64,000 nt of DNA from Candidatus Omnitrophota bacterium (GTDB lineage Bacteria; Omnitrophota; Gorgyraeia; Zapsychrales; Zapsychraceae), in the NCBI GenBank assembly GCA_015233115.1, contig JADFYJ010000001.1, positions 195,084 through 259,083 of the forward strand. Direction: 5' to 3'. Below the pieces are notes generated by a model. It searched no databases. It was not told the DNA's origin and saw only the letters and a list, made by a program, of their open reading frames with translations. The position numbers and the translations under genes are program-made. Shown in pieces: positions 7,604-17,097 of the stretch (the stretch's first letter is position 1; every line of letters begins with the position of its first letter).

Positions 7604-8689
7604 ATGATTTTTGATACCTTTCAATTTAAAAATTTAAAATTGTCGAATCGTTTGGTGCGATCCGCTATTCATGCGGCTGACGCGACAGATGATGGTCTGG
7701 CCACCGTAGAGTCGGCCAACATTTTGTTGGCAGTCGCGGACAATGGCCCTGGGTTGATCATGACCGGCCACGCGTTTGTTTCTAAAGATGGAAAAGGGAA
7801 TCGAAAGCAGCTTGGTGTCTACTCTGATGTTTGTATTCATGGATTAACTGATGTTGCAAAAAATATTCACCAAAAAACCACCTCTAAAATATTTCTGCAA
7901 TTAGCTCATGCCGGCGCTCAAACTTCAGAAGGCATTACAGGAGTAACGCCTATTGGTCCGTCTGAAATAAAAGAAAATTCCATTACACTTTGTCGCTCCA
8001 TGAATGAAGACGACATTAATCGTATTATTTTGGCATTTACACAAGCCGCGCGAAGAGCCTGGGAAGCAGGCTTTGACGGTATCCAAATACATGCCGCGCA
8101 TGGATATTTGCTTTCCGAATTTTTGTCGCCGCATTTTAACCAACGCGGAGATCAATTTGGCGGGTCCAATTTAAACCGTTCACGGTTTTTATGTCTGATT
8201 GTTGAACAGATCCGTAATTTTGTTAGTAAAAATTATCCGATTATTGTTAAAATCAATTCAGAAGATTTTTGGAACGATGGCCTGCAAGTCAAAGATATGA
8301 TTGAAATCGTCGGTTATCTGATTAAAGCCGGCATAGACGGAATTGAACTGAGCGGAGGAACTAAAGATTCAGATCCTGCTATTGAACGCAAGCACGATCC
8401 CCAATCTGTGGAAGAACAATTTTATTACCGCGATGCTGCCCGTTTGTTAAGATCAAAATATTCCATTCCTTTAATTGCTATGGGCGGCATACGTGAATTG
8501 TCTGTGGCCGAATCAATCATCCAGAATAATGAGGCAGATTGGGTTTCTATGGGCAGACCTTTTGTTTGTGAGCCGCATTTAGTTAAGCGTTGGCAAGAGG
8601 GAGACACCTCCCGCGCAAAATGCACCTCATGCAACGCATGTTTCCGGCCTTTGGTCGTGGGAAAGTTGTTAAAATGCCTAAAAAAATAA
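7604..8689 (+). CDS. NADH:flavin oxidoreductase, Old Yellow Enzyme family.
   Basis: HAAHGYLLSEFLSPHFNQRGDQFGGSNLNRSRF is the OYE active-site signature. TIM-barrel length. Confidence 0.85.
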   Translation: MIFDTFQFKNLKLSNRLVRSAIHAADATDDGLATVESANILLAVADNGPGLIMTGHAFVSKDGKGNRKQLGVYSDVCIHGLTDVAKNIHQKTTSKIFLQLAHAGAQTSEGITGVTPIGPSEIKENSITLCRSMNEDDINRIILAFTQAARRAWEAGFDGIQIHAAHGYLLSEFLSPHFNQRGDQFGGSNLNRSRFLCLIVEQIRNFVSKNYPIIVKINSEDFWNDGLQVKDMIEIVGYLIKAGIDGIELSGGTKDSDPAIERKHDPQSVEEQFYYRDAARLLRSKYSIPLIAMGGIRELSVAESIIQNNEADWVSMGRPFVCEPHLVKRWQEGDTSRAKCTSCNACFRPLVVGKLLKCLKK

Positions 8690-10098
8690 AATCTCTTCCC
8701 AAACCTGGTGGAATCATGGAAATGTTGGCTGTTGCCTTGCCTATGTTGGTATCCATGACCTGTGATACGATCATGATTTTTACGGATCGTTTATTTCTTT
8801 CCAAATTAGAACCGGAAATGATGAATGCCTCAATGGGAGGGGGTTTAACGGTTTTTATGATGATGTCATTTTTTGTGGGGCTAACCGGTTATTCGACAGC
8901 ATTAGTGGCCCAATATCTGGGAGCAGGTCAGAAAAAAAATTGTCCGATGGTTATTTCACAGGCCGTCATTGTGTCCTGCGCGGCTTATCTGCCGATTTTA
9001 TTTTGCCGTCCCTTAGCTCATCAGATGTTTCGTCTTATGGGAGTATCCAGCCAACAGTTATTTTATCAAAATGTATATTTTGATATTCTGCTTTATGGCG
9101 CGATCATCACCCTTTTAAGGAATAGTTTAAGCTGTTTTTTCTCAGGTATAGGCCGTACCCGTATCGTTATGATAGCGTCATTTACGGCCATGCTTGTGAA
9201 CGCGATTCTTAATTATATTTTAATTTTTGGAAAACTAGGCTTACCCGCCATGGGCATACGCGGCGCGGCTTTGGGCACGCTGATGGGAGGAGCCAGCGGA
9301 TTTTTTATTTTAGTCTTCGCGTATTTCAGTAAAAATAATAGCGCGGAATTTGATCTGGCCCATTCATTTAAGTTTGACTTTTCTATCATGAAAAAATTGC
9401 TGCGTTTTGGTTCATCACCTGGGCTGGAATTGTTTTTAAATATTTTAGCTTTTAATGCCATGGTCATGGTTTTTCACGCGCAGGGATTAGTGACAGCCAC
9501 AGCTTCAACGATTATGTTTAATTGGGACATGGTGTCATTTGTTCCTTTGTTAGGTATCGAAATTGCGGTGACCAGCATGGTAGGGCGATACATGGGAGCC
9601 CGCAACCCATACATTGCTAACCAGTCTGCCATGTCCGGCCTTAAAGTCGGTCTGGTATTTTCCACGATTATTCTGATTCTTTTTGTAGGATTTCCTCACT
9701 TGCTGATTAATGTTTTCCGTCCGGCTGGATCAAATGTAATTTTCATCAAATCTATACCTATGGCTTTGTATATGATCAGGGTCGCGTCGCTTTATATTAT
9801 GGTAGAAGCATTATTTATTGTATTTATAGGCGCGTTAAGAGGAGCGGGAGATACTTTCTGGGCGATGTGTATATCTGTGACTTTACATTGGGCCATGGTT
9901 TTAGTTGTAGCTGTCGCGTTAAAAGTATTCAAACAAACCCCGGAAGCGGCATGGACGTATATGGTGGTTATTTTTATAGGATTCTCATTTATCGTTTATT
10001 GGCGCTACCGCATCGGCCATTGGCGCAATATTAAAGTCGTTGAAATCGAGCCGGTTCCGATTATCAGCAATGGTTTTCATGGAACGATTGATTTATAA
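8674..10098 (+). CDS. MATE family efflux transporter.
   Basis: A 12-TM hydrophobic profile with a MATE-like N-terminus (MLAVALPMLVSMTCDTIMIFTDRLFLSKL). The ORF-track start at 8590 overlaps the upstream gene; the in-frame ATG at 8674 or 8716 is more likely. Confidence 0.75.
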   Translation: MPKKIKSLPKPGGIMEMLAVALPMLVSMTCDTIMIFTDRLFLSKLEPEMMNASMGGGLTVFMMMSFFVGLTGYSTALVAQYLGAGQKKNCPMVISQAVIVSCAAYLPILFCRPLAHQMFRLMGVSSQQLFYQNVYFDILLYGAIITLLRNSLSCFFSGIGRTRIVMIASFTAMLVNAILNYILIFGKLGLPAMGIRGAALGTLMGGASGFFILVFAYFSKNNSAEFDLAHSFKFDFSIMKKLLRFGSSPGLELFLNILAFNAMVMVFHAQGLVTATASTIMFNWDMVSFVPLLGIEIAVTSMVGRYMGARNPYIANQSAMSGLKVGLVFSTIILILFVGFPHLLINVFRPAGSNVIFIKSIPMALYMIRVASLYIMVEALFIVFIGALRGAGDTFWAMCISVTLHWAMVLVVAVALKVFKQTPEAAWTYMVVIFIGFSFIVYWRYRIGHWRNIKVVEIEPVPIISNGFHGTIDL

Positions 10099-11190
10099 GT
10101 GAATTATTCTTGGTTTTCTTATAATATAAAACCTATGATAAAAAAATTTGAGGTTAAAAAATTAATTCTGCCTTTAAACCAGCCTTTTCGCACAGCTTTA
10201 GGTCAGCATGATTCTTTGGAGAATGTTTTATTTTCTTTAACATTATCTGACGGTACAAAAGGTTACGGGGAGGCGGCTATTGCTACGCATATTACCGGCG
10301 AGACAATTCCTCAGACGATTGTAAATTTAAACAAAATCGGCAACCAACTTATCGGCAAAGATCCGTGTGACTATTGGGCCATATCCGCTTTTTTGCATCA
10401 ACAATTGCCTCATAACAAAGCCGCGTTAGCTGCTATTGAAATGGCTTTATTAGACGCGTTAACCCGCAGTATGAAAATTCCTTTGTGGAAATTTTTTGGG
10501 ACAGAAGCCATAACTTTTAAAACCGATATTACCATTGTTATATCAGAACTGGCCGAAACAGAAGATTCCGTGAAAAAGTTTTACAAACAAGGCTTTCGGG
10601 CTTTTAAAGTTAAAATTGGCAAAGACATGGATTTGGACCTTAAACGGGTGCTGGCAGTCCATACCATTGCCAAGAGATCCAAAATTATCTTAGATGGTAA
10701 TCAAGGTTATACCAGCGATCAAGCCCTCAAGTTTTTAAAAGAACTAAAAAAATATAAGATCCAGCCATATCTTTTTGAACAGCCTGTTCCTAAAAATGAT
10801 TGGGACGGCATGAAACGCTTAACTCGGCTTGGCGGAGTATCTATCTGCGCGGATGAAAGTTGTCAGGATTTGAAAGATTGTTTACGCATCATTTCTGAAA
10901 AAGCAGCGCATGGGATTAATATCAAGATTATGAAATCAGGCTTGATCCAGGGAAGAGATATTGCCTATTTAGCCAAGTCTGCTGATTTGGGTTTAATGAT
11001 CGGCGGTATGATGGAAAGTTCTTTGGCCATGACTTGTTCCGCTCATATGGCCGCGGGATTGGGATGTTTTAATTTTATTGATTTGGATACTCCATTCTTT
11101 TTAAAAAATGGAAAAAATAATCCGTATTTATCAAGTGACGGAACATATGATTTACGGCATGTAAAAAAAGGAATTGGAATTAAAATATAA
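10099..11190 (+). CDS. Enolase-superfamily enzyme of the mandelate racemase / muconate lactonizing family (dipeptide epimerase or o-succinylbenzoate synthase-like).
   Basis: KVKIG...LDGNQGY...FEQP...ADES pattern of MR/MLE metal-binding residues. The start may be the ATG at 10135. Confidence 0.7.
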   Translation: MNYSWFSYNIKPMIKKFEVKKLILPLNQPFRTALGQHDSLENVLFSLTLSDGTKGYGEAAIATHITGETIPQTIVNLNKIGNQLIGKDPCDYWAISAFLHQQLPHNKAALAAIEMALLDALTRSMKIPLWKFFGTEAITFKTDITIVISELAETEDSVKKFYKQGFRAFKVKIGKDMDLDLKRVLAVHTIAKRSKIILDGNQGYTSDQALKFLKELKKYKIQPYLFEQPVPKNDWDGMKRLTRLGGVSICADESCQDLKDCLRIISEKAAHGINIKIMKSGLIQGRDIAYLAKSADLGLMIGGMMESSLAMTCSAHMAAGLGCFNFIDLDTPFFLKNGKNNPYLSSDGTYDLRHVKKGIGIKI

Positions 11191-11194
11191 AAAC

Positions 11195-11280
11195 TGTCAT
11201 TCCCGCGAAAGCGGGAATCCATAAAAAATTTTTAGATTTTTTTATTAATGGATCCCCGACTAAAGCTCTCGGGGATGACA
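11195..11280 (+). repeat. Inverted pair of ATTCCC-N8-GGGAAT-type hairpins (TGTCATTCCCGCGAAAGCGGGAATCCA ... TGGATCCCCGACTAAAGCTCTCGGGGATGACA) flanking an A/T spacer. Same family as 35674..35700.
   Basis: Read directly. There is a near-identical copy after the znuA-like gene. Confidence 0.6.
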
Positions 11281-11317
11281 ACCCTTAATTTTCTATTATT
11301 AGAATATATATACACAT

Positions 11318-12481
11318 ATGATAACAAATCAACTATGTTTGGTTGCCATTCTTTTTGCCATCGAAGCAGTGATATTATTTATTTCCAGCCGGAAGTCTTT
11401 TGAAAAATATTTTCATTTTATCCCGCCGGTGTTTTGGATTTATTTTTTGCCTATGATTTTATCCACAACTGGATTGATCGACGCGAAAAGCCCGGTTTAT
11501 AAAATGATTGCCGAGAATTTATTGCCAATGAGTTTGGTTATTTTATTGTTATCATCCAATATCCGGGCCATTCTGCGTTTAGGGCCCACCGCATTGATGA
11601 TGATGCTGGCTGGAAGTTTAGGTATCATGGTAGGAATACCGATTGTTTTTTGGTCGGTTAAACATTTTGTAGGTTCACAAATGTGGGCGGGATTTGGGGC
11701 GTTATCCGCGTCTTGGATCGGCGGAAGCGCGAACATGATTGCTGTAAAAGAAGCTTTGGGTACGCCGGATTCCGTTTTTTCACCGATGGTCATTGTTGAT
11801 ACAGTTGTACCGTATGTTTGGATGGGCATTTTAGTCGCCTTGGTCACATTACAGCCAGTTTATGATAAATGGAATAAATCCCGACGGGATGTTCTGGATG
11901 AATTGAATGCCAATGTTGAAAAAGGCGGACTACTAAAAAAACAATTCACTTTTTGGGGAACCATGCTGATTCTTTTAATCGGCCTCGTTGGAATTTATAT
12001 TTCCCGCTATATATCCGCGTATTTGCCTAATGTCAAAGACATGATTTCGAATTACACGTGGGTTATTATTGTCGCGTCTATGATAGGAATCGGTTTATCA
12101 TTTACGCCGTGCCGAAAACTGGAACAATATCAAGCATCCCGTTTAGGGTATTTCATTTTATACTTTGTTCTGACCACGATTGGAGCAAAGGCTAGCTTGT
12201 CTAACATGAGTGCAACCGCAATTTTAATTGGAGCAGGATTTGTCGCGGTCTTAATTCACGCTGGTTTTTTATTAGTCGCAGCCAAAATTTTACGCGCGCC
12301 TATGTTTTTAGTCGCGACTGCCAGTCAGGCGAATGTGGGAGGGGTAGCGTCGGCACCTATAATTGCCGCCTTATATGAACCTGAACTTGCGTCAGTGGGT
12401 TTATTACTGGCGATATTTGGGAATATTATTGGAACATATCTTGGCATTTTAACCGGATATATTTGTCACATGATTTCATGA
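11318..12481 (+). CDS. Polytopic membrane protein, possibly DUF819-like.
   Basis: About 10 predicted hydrophobic helices. No catalytic motif recognised. Confidence 0.45.
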   Translation: MITNQLCLVAILFAIEAVILFISSRKSFEKYFHFIPPVFWIYFLPMILSTTGLIDAKSPVYKMIAENLLPMSLVILLLSSNIRAILRLGPTALMMMLAGSLGIMVGIPIVFWSVKHFVGSQMWAGFGALSASWIGGSANMIAVKEALGTPDSVFSPMVIVDTVVPYVWMGILVALVTLQPVYDKWNKSRRDVLDELNANVEKGGLLKKQFTFWGTMLILLIGLVGIYISRYISAYLPNVKDMISNYTWVIIVASMIGIGLSFTPCRKLEQYQASRLGYFILYFVLTTIGAKASLSNMSATAILIGAGFVAVLIHAGFLLVAAKILRAPMFLVATASQANVGGVASAPIIAALYEPELASVGLLLAIFGNIIGTYLGILTGYICHMIS

Positions 12482-12495
12482 GTTTAAGGCATAAG

Positions 12496-13860
12496 ATGAA
12501 AAAATTGATAACAATGTTTATTACTGCTTGTTGCATCTGTTGGCTTTGTAAAGGTACCACCGCTGATGAGCAAATCATGCATTATGCGGCTCCCACAATT
12601 TTGCCGCATGTTCGCCCGGAAATGCAAACAGCTGGTTTTTGGGTTAGCCGCAATCCTCATGCTGATGAAATTATTATTCCTGCCCGAATAATACCCGTTT
12701 TTAATAAAACCATTCAAGAAAATTTAAAGCTGACCCGCAATATGACTGAATTCCCATCTACGGTGTCAGGCGTTATTTATTTTGATAAACTGCAAAATAA
12801 ATTATCCAGCCTAAGAAATAATGGATATTTTACGAGTGAGGGTATTATCGCTGACCAAAAATTTTTTAATTTAATCGAAAATAATATGAATTTAAAATTG
12901 ATTGGAAAAATACTTCCTGTTAAATTTGGGTTTATTCTTTTTAACGCGGATCAGCGGCAATTACCAACCTTACAACATCTTTACGTCACAGCAGGCAACG
13001 TTGATTTTGATGAACTGCAAGAAAACGCTCTGGATGTTGGAACGCCAGTTGAGGTCATTCATCAAACCAAAGATGGAGAGTGGTATTATGTTCTTGGTCC
13101 TGCGAGTGAGGGCTGGATCAAGGCGGATCTTATAGGCTTATGCGAGCAATATGTATTTCAACAATACTTGAGCCATAAGCAGTTTTTAGTTGTTACCCGG
13201 GCTAAGATTGATATTTTTATCGATGATAAACTAACCCAATTTTATGGTTCCGCACGCATGGGTTCGCGTTTTTTCGTTAAAGATGACAGCGATCCAGAAA
13301 TCTTTCAAATTTATTTACCATCCCGTAAAAGGGAAGAATTTGAAATTTCAAAGGCCTATATTTCAAGACAAGGTGTTCATATTGGGTATTTAGACCATAC
13401 TGCTCGTCATGTGATCCAACAGGCTTTTGAAATGTTAAATACTCCTTATGGCTGGGGCGGCATGAACAACGAACAGGACTGCTCACAATTTATTCAAGAA
13501 ATTTACGCGACCATGGGCATTCAATTGCCACGGAATTCGTCCGATCAAGCCCAAATTGGCAAAGAATTAGCCGCATTTACCGATGAAACAAAAGATTCCA
13601 AAAAATTAGATGTCATTTTACACAGCGCTTCACCTGGAAATAGCATGTTTTATATGAAAGGTCATATTATTTTATTTTTGGGTGTTGTCGATGATGTGCC
13701 TTTTGCCATCCATGATATTTGGGCCTACCGCGAACGGATTGGAAGAGAAGATGTCGCGCGCGTGTTAAACCGGGTAGCGGTGACAGATCTTTCTTTGGGA
13801 ACTGGGTCGAGAAAAGGCTCATTACTAAGCCGTATTTTGCAAATTCGTATGATCCAATAA
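12496..13860 (+). CDS. NlpC/P60 family peptidoglycan hydrolase with an SH3-like domain.
   Basis: C-terminal NTPYGWGGMNNEQDCSQFIQEIY (Cys) and GHIILFLG (His) match NlpC/P60. There is a central SH3b-like segment. Start taken at the ATG at 12496 (MKKLITM..., signal-like). Confidence 0.75.
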   Translation: MKKLITMFITACCICWLCKGTTADEQIMHYAAPTILPHVRPEMQTAGFWVSRNPHADEIIIPARIIPVFNKTIQENLKLTRNMTEFPSTVSGVIYFDKLQNKLSSLRNNGYFTSEGIIADQKFFNLIENNMNLKLIGKILPVKFGFILFNADQRQLPTLQHLYVTAGNVDFDELQENALDVGTPVEVIHQTKDGEWYYVLGPASEGWIKADLIGLCEQYVFQQYLSHKQFLVVTRAKIDIFIDDKLTQFYGSARMGSRFFVKDDSDPEIFQIYLPSRKREEFEISKAYISRQGVHIGYLDHTARHVIQQAFEMLNTPYGWGGMNNEQDCSQFIQEIYATMGIQLPRNSSDQAQIGKELAAFTDETKDSKKLDVILHSASPGNSMFYMKGHIILFLGVVDDVPFAIHDIWAYRERIGREDVARVLNRVAVTDLSLGTGSRKGSLLSRILQIRMIQ

Positions 13861-13874
13861 TTTTACTTTTTTTC

Positions 13875-13910
13875 TTGACAAGTATACCGACCAGTCGGTA
13901 TACTTATTAT
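13875..13910 (+). promoter_or_regulatory. Sigma70-like promoter (TTGACA, 18 bp, TATACT) overlapped by a 22-bp perfect palindrome, GTATACCGACCAGTCGGTATAC. Probable TetR operator.
   Basis: -35 at 13875-13880, palindrome at 13882-13903, -10 at 13899-13904. It lies immediately upstream of the TetR gene and the RND operon. Confidence 0.55.
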
Positions 13911-13937
13911 CATGAGCGTTTTATTAAACAGGTCAAT

Positions 13938-14495
13938 ATGAGCAAAAAAATCAATTGTAAAGAAGCTATTCTCGATGCAGCTGAAAAAGTTGTATTGGAA
14001 GCTGGTGCTGCGCACATGTCGCTTGATCATGTTGCCCAAAAAGCCGATGTTAGTAAAGGCGGCTTAATGTATCATTTTCCAAATAAAGAGTGCCTGCTTC
14101 GCGCCATGCTGAGCCGATTGATTTCGCAAATTTATGCGGATCGTGAACAACGATTAAAAAAATTGACAGAACGACCTAATCGCATCATCAAAGCTGGTAT
14201 TCTTACGACTTTGAACCGAAATGAAAAAAGAAACCGTACTGGTCAAGCTCTTTTAGCCGTTATGTCACACGATCCTGATCTCGTTGCGCCTATGCGAAAA
14301 GCTTATCAGGATCACCTTGAAGAATTAAAGACTTCTGGTGTTAAATTTGAAAAGACCGCAATTTTATCATTAGCCGCTGATGGTTTATTGTTTTTGGAAT
14401 TGCTTCGTGTGTCGCCGTTTAACGATTCGCAAAGAACTAAAATCGAAAATGAAATTGTTCGCCAGATTGATAATGAAATTGAAAATAATGAATAA
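13938..14495 (+). CDS. TetR/AcrR family transcriptional regulator.
   Basis: N-terminal HTH AILDAAEKVVLEAGAAHMSLDHVAQKADVSKGGLMYHFPNKECLL. Its position just upstream of an RND operon is classical. Confidence 0.85.
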   Translation: MSKKINCKEAILDAAEKVVLEAGAAHMSLDHVAQKADVSKGGLMYHFPNKECLLRAMLSRLISQIYADREQRLKKLTERPNRIIKAGILTTLNRNEKRNRTGQALLAVMSHDPDLVAPMRKAYQDHLEELKTSGVKFEKTAILSLAADGLLFLELLRVSPFNDSQRTKIENEIVRQIDNEIENNE

Positions 14496-15939
14496 TTTAA
14501 AAATAAATAAATTTATTGTTTTTATTCCTGTAGTCGGAATATTTTTTCTAACTGGTTGTTCCGTTGGCCCGAATTATATTAAGCCAGATGGTCCAACTGA
14601 GTCCCGTTACACGTCTTCTTATTCGCGGCCTATTGACGCCAGATCTGCCCAACGTTTTGTTTATAATCAGGATATTCCCGCGGAATGGTGGTCTTTGTTT
14701 CATTGTGAAAAACTTGATCAAGTCATCCGGATGGCTATTGATGGTAATCCTACATTAGAAAGCGCAAAAGCGGCTTTGCGTAAAACCAAAGAAGATTTTA
14801 ACGCGCAAGTTGGCAGTGCTTATTTTCCTGAGGTCAATGCTAATCTTTCCGCTTCACGCCAAAAATTTTCAACAGCAGCCGCTGGTATTTCTAACGGAAA
14901 AGGGAGTATATTTAATCTTTATGGCGCTTCTGTGCAAGTATCTTATATGATGGATATTTGGGGTGGAGCTAAAAGAGAATTAGAATCATTACGCGCTAAA
15001 ATTGACTATGAAACTTTTCAAATGGATGCGGCATATCTGACGTTGACTTCTAATATTGTTGCTGCTGTCGGTAAAGAGGTTGCCATACGGGAGCAAATTT
15101 TGGCGGTGAATGAAATTATTACCATTCAAGAAAAACAATTACAGATATTAGAACAGCAATTAAGTTTAGGCGGCATATCCAAGCAAGACGTATTGTCGCA
15201 AAAATCCGAACTTCAACAAACCAAGGCTGCGATTCCAGCTTTGGAAAGAGAATTGGCAGTGACTCGTCATTACCTAGCAGTTTTGTGCGGTAAATTTCCC
15301 ATTGAAGAATCCACTCTGCCAGAATTTACTTTATCTGAGTTGACTCTTCCGCAAGATCTACCCGTCACATTGCCTTCATCACTGGTTCATCAACGACCGG
15401 ATATTCGTGCGGCCGAAGCCTTATTGCACTCCGCCAGTGCGGAAATTGGGGTTGCTGAAGCCAATTTATATCCACAATTAACTTTAAATAGCGGATTTGG
15501 CCCTCAATCTAACGTGATAAAAGACCTATTTAATGGAAATAATATTGTTTGGAACATTGGTGCAGGAGTATTTCAACCTGTATTTAATGGTGGAGCATTG
15601 AAAGCAAAAAAAAGAGCGGCCGTAGCTGCCTTTGACCAAGCATCTGCCCAATATCGACAAACTGTGCTTTTTGCTTTCCAAAATGTCGCGGATGTTTTAC
15701 GCTCAATTGAAACTGATGGATCAACATTTGATGCCCGTATTGAAGCATTTAATTCAGCGAAAGAAGCTTTAACATTGGCCCAAAATCAATTAGTAACTGG
15801 ATCAATAAGTAATTTAGTCTTTCAAAATAGTGAACATCTTTTCCAGCAGGCTCGTATTGGTGTGGTCCAGGCCCAGGCCGCCAGATTCACGGATACAGCC
15901 GCATTGTTTCAAGCGCTGGGAGGGGGATGGAACAAATAA
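14488..15939 (+). CDS. RND efflux outer-membrane lipoprotein (NodT/TolC family).
   Basis: Lipobox LTGC after a signal peptide. Two OEP repeats. The start at 14488 overlaps the TetR stop by 8 nt. Confidence 0.85.
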   Translation: MNNLKINKFIVFIPVVGIFFLTGCSVGPNYIKPDGPTESRYTSSYSRPIDARSAQRFVYNQDIPAEWWSLFHCEKLDQVIRMAIDGNPTLESAKAALRKTKEDFNAQVGSAYFPEVNANLSASRQKFSTAAAGISNGKGSIFNLYGASVQVSYMMDIWGGAKRELESLRAKIDYETFQMDAAYLTLTSNIVAAVGKEVAIREQILAVNEIITIQEKQLQILEQQLSLGGISKQDVLSQKSELQQTKAAIPALERELAVTRHYLAVLCGKFPIEESTLPEFTLSELTLPQDLPVTLPSSLVHQRPDIRAAEALLHSASAEIGVAEANLYPQLTLNSGFGPQSNVIKDLFNGNNIVWNIGAGVFQPVFNGGALKAKKRAAVAAFDQASAQYRQTVLFAFQNVADVLRSIETDGSTFDARIEAFNSAKEALTLAQNQLVTGSISNLVFQNSEHLFQQARIGVVQAQAARFTDTAALFQALGGGWNK

Positions 15940-15951
15940 GGAGATTTTATT

Positions 15952-17082
15952 ATGTTTAAACGAATGCTTATCATGTTAATTGTTGTCGGGTTTATTTTTG
16001 GCGGGATTTTTGGTTATAAAACTTTTATGGGTTCCATGATGAAAAAATATATGTCCAGCCAAAAAATGCCTCCAGTAACGGTTTCCGCCATAAAAGCGGA
16101 AATGCATCCATGGCAGCCAAAAATTAAATCTATTGGGAATCTGCGTGCAGTTCAAGGTGTGGATGTTACAACAGAAATTCCGGGCATCATCACCCAAATT
16201 AATTTTAAATCAGGAGATGATGTTAAAGTTGATCAAATTCTCGCCCAATTAAATGCGGACACAGATATCGCCCAATTGCATGCTCTTGAAGCAGCGGCAA
16301 ATTTAGCGCAAACTGCTTATGAACGGGATAAAAAGCAACTTGAGGCTCAAGCTGTCAGCCAAGCTGTGGTTGATGCGGACGCAGCTGAATTTAAAAGCCG
16401 CAGTGCTTTAGTCGCGCAACAAACAGCTTTGATTGGTAAAAAAACGATTAAAGCTCCATTTTCAGGTAAACTCGGGATTAGTGCCATTAATATAGGCCAA
16501 TATTTAAATCCTGGTGAAAAGATAGTCACGTTACAATTGCTGGACTCTATCTACGTCGATTTCTACCTTCCACAACAAAATCTCGCCCAAATGGCCATAG
16601 GTCAAAATGTCAGCATCACAACGGATACTTATCCGGGACGCACCTTTGCTGGAACTATTAACGCGATCAATCCTAAAGTGGAAACTGATTCCCGCAATTT
16701 TTTAGTGGAAGCCATCATTGACAATCTTAAACATGAATTAACTCCAGGAATGTTTGTTTCAATAGAAGTACCTGCAGGCAGTGAAGGACATTTTTTAACA
16801 GTTCCCCAAACTGCGGTGACTTATAATCCTTTCGGTGAAACAATTTTTATTATTCAAGAAACCGAAAAAGATAAAGACGGAAAAACAAAAATGACTGTTA
16901 AACAAATTTTTGTTACAGCAGGAGAAACCCGCGGAGACCAAGTCGCAATCTTAAAAGGCTTGAATGCAGGAGATATGGTAGTGACGAGTGGACAACTTAA
17001 ATTAAGAAATGGAAGTGAAGTAGTTATTAATAATCAGGTACAACCGTCCAATGAAGCAGCTCCAATGCCAATTGACGAATAA
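15952..17082 (+). CDS. RND efflux periplasmic adaptor (membrane fusion protein, HlyD/AcrA family).
   Basis: N-terminal TM anchor plus coiled-coil, lipoyl and beta-barrel segments. Sits between the OMF and RND genes. Confidence 0.85.
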   Translation: MFKRMLIMLIVVGFIFGGIFGYKTFMGSMMKKYMSSQKMPPVTVSAIKAEMHPWQPKIKSIGNLRAVQGVDVTTEIPGIITQINFKSGDDVKVDQILAQLNADTDIAQLHALEAAANLAQTAYERDKKQLEAQAVSQAVVDADAAEFKSRSALVAQQTALIGKKTIKAPFSGKLGISAINIGQYLNPGEKIVTLQLLDSIYVDFYLPQQNLAQMAIGQNVSITTDTYPGRTFAGTINAINPKVETDSRNFLVEAIIDNLKHELTPGMFVSIEVPAGSEGHFLTVPQTAVTYNPFGETIFIIQETEKDKDGKTKMTVKQIFVTAGETRGDQVAILKGLNAGDMVVTSGQLKLRNGSEVVINNQVQPSNEAAPMPIDE

Positions 17083-17097
17083 TAGAGAAATAATTTT

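Noticed and set aside
8590-8673. Upstream extension of the MATE gene as given in the ORF track (start 8590).
   Set aside because: It overlaps the 3' end of the OYE gene by 100 nt in another frame. In-frame ATGs at 8674 and 8716 give a typical MATE N-terminus.
11195-11221. Match of ATTCCC-N8-GGGAAT to the Neisseria dRS3 repeat as a taxonomic clue.
   Set aside because: The gene content and strong AT bias are incompatible with Neisseria. The motif similarity is most likely convergent, a short GC hairpin.
14380-14487. N-terminal extension of the NodT-family gene (track start 14380) overlapping the TetR gene.
   Set aside because: The lipoprotein signal peptide begins at the ATG at 14488 (MNNLKINKFIVF...LTGC). 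The extension would bury the signal peptide.
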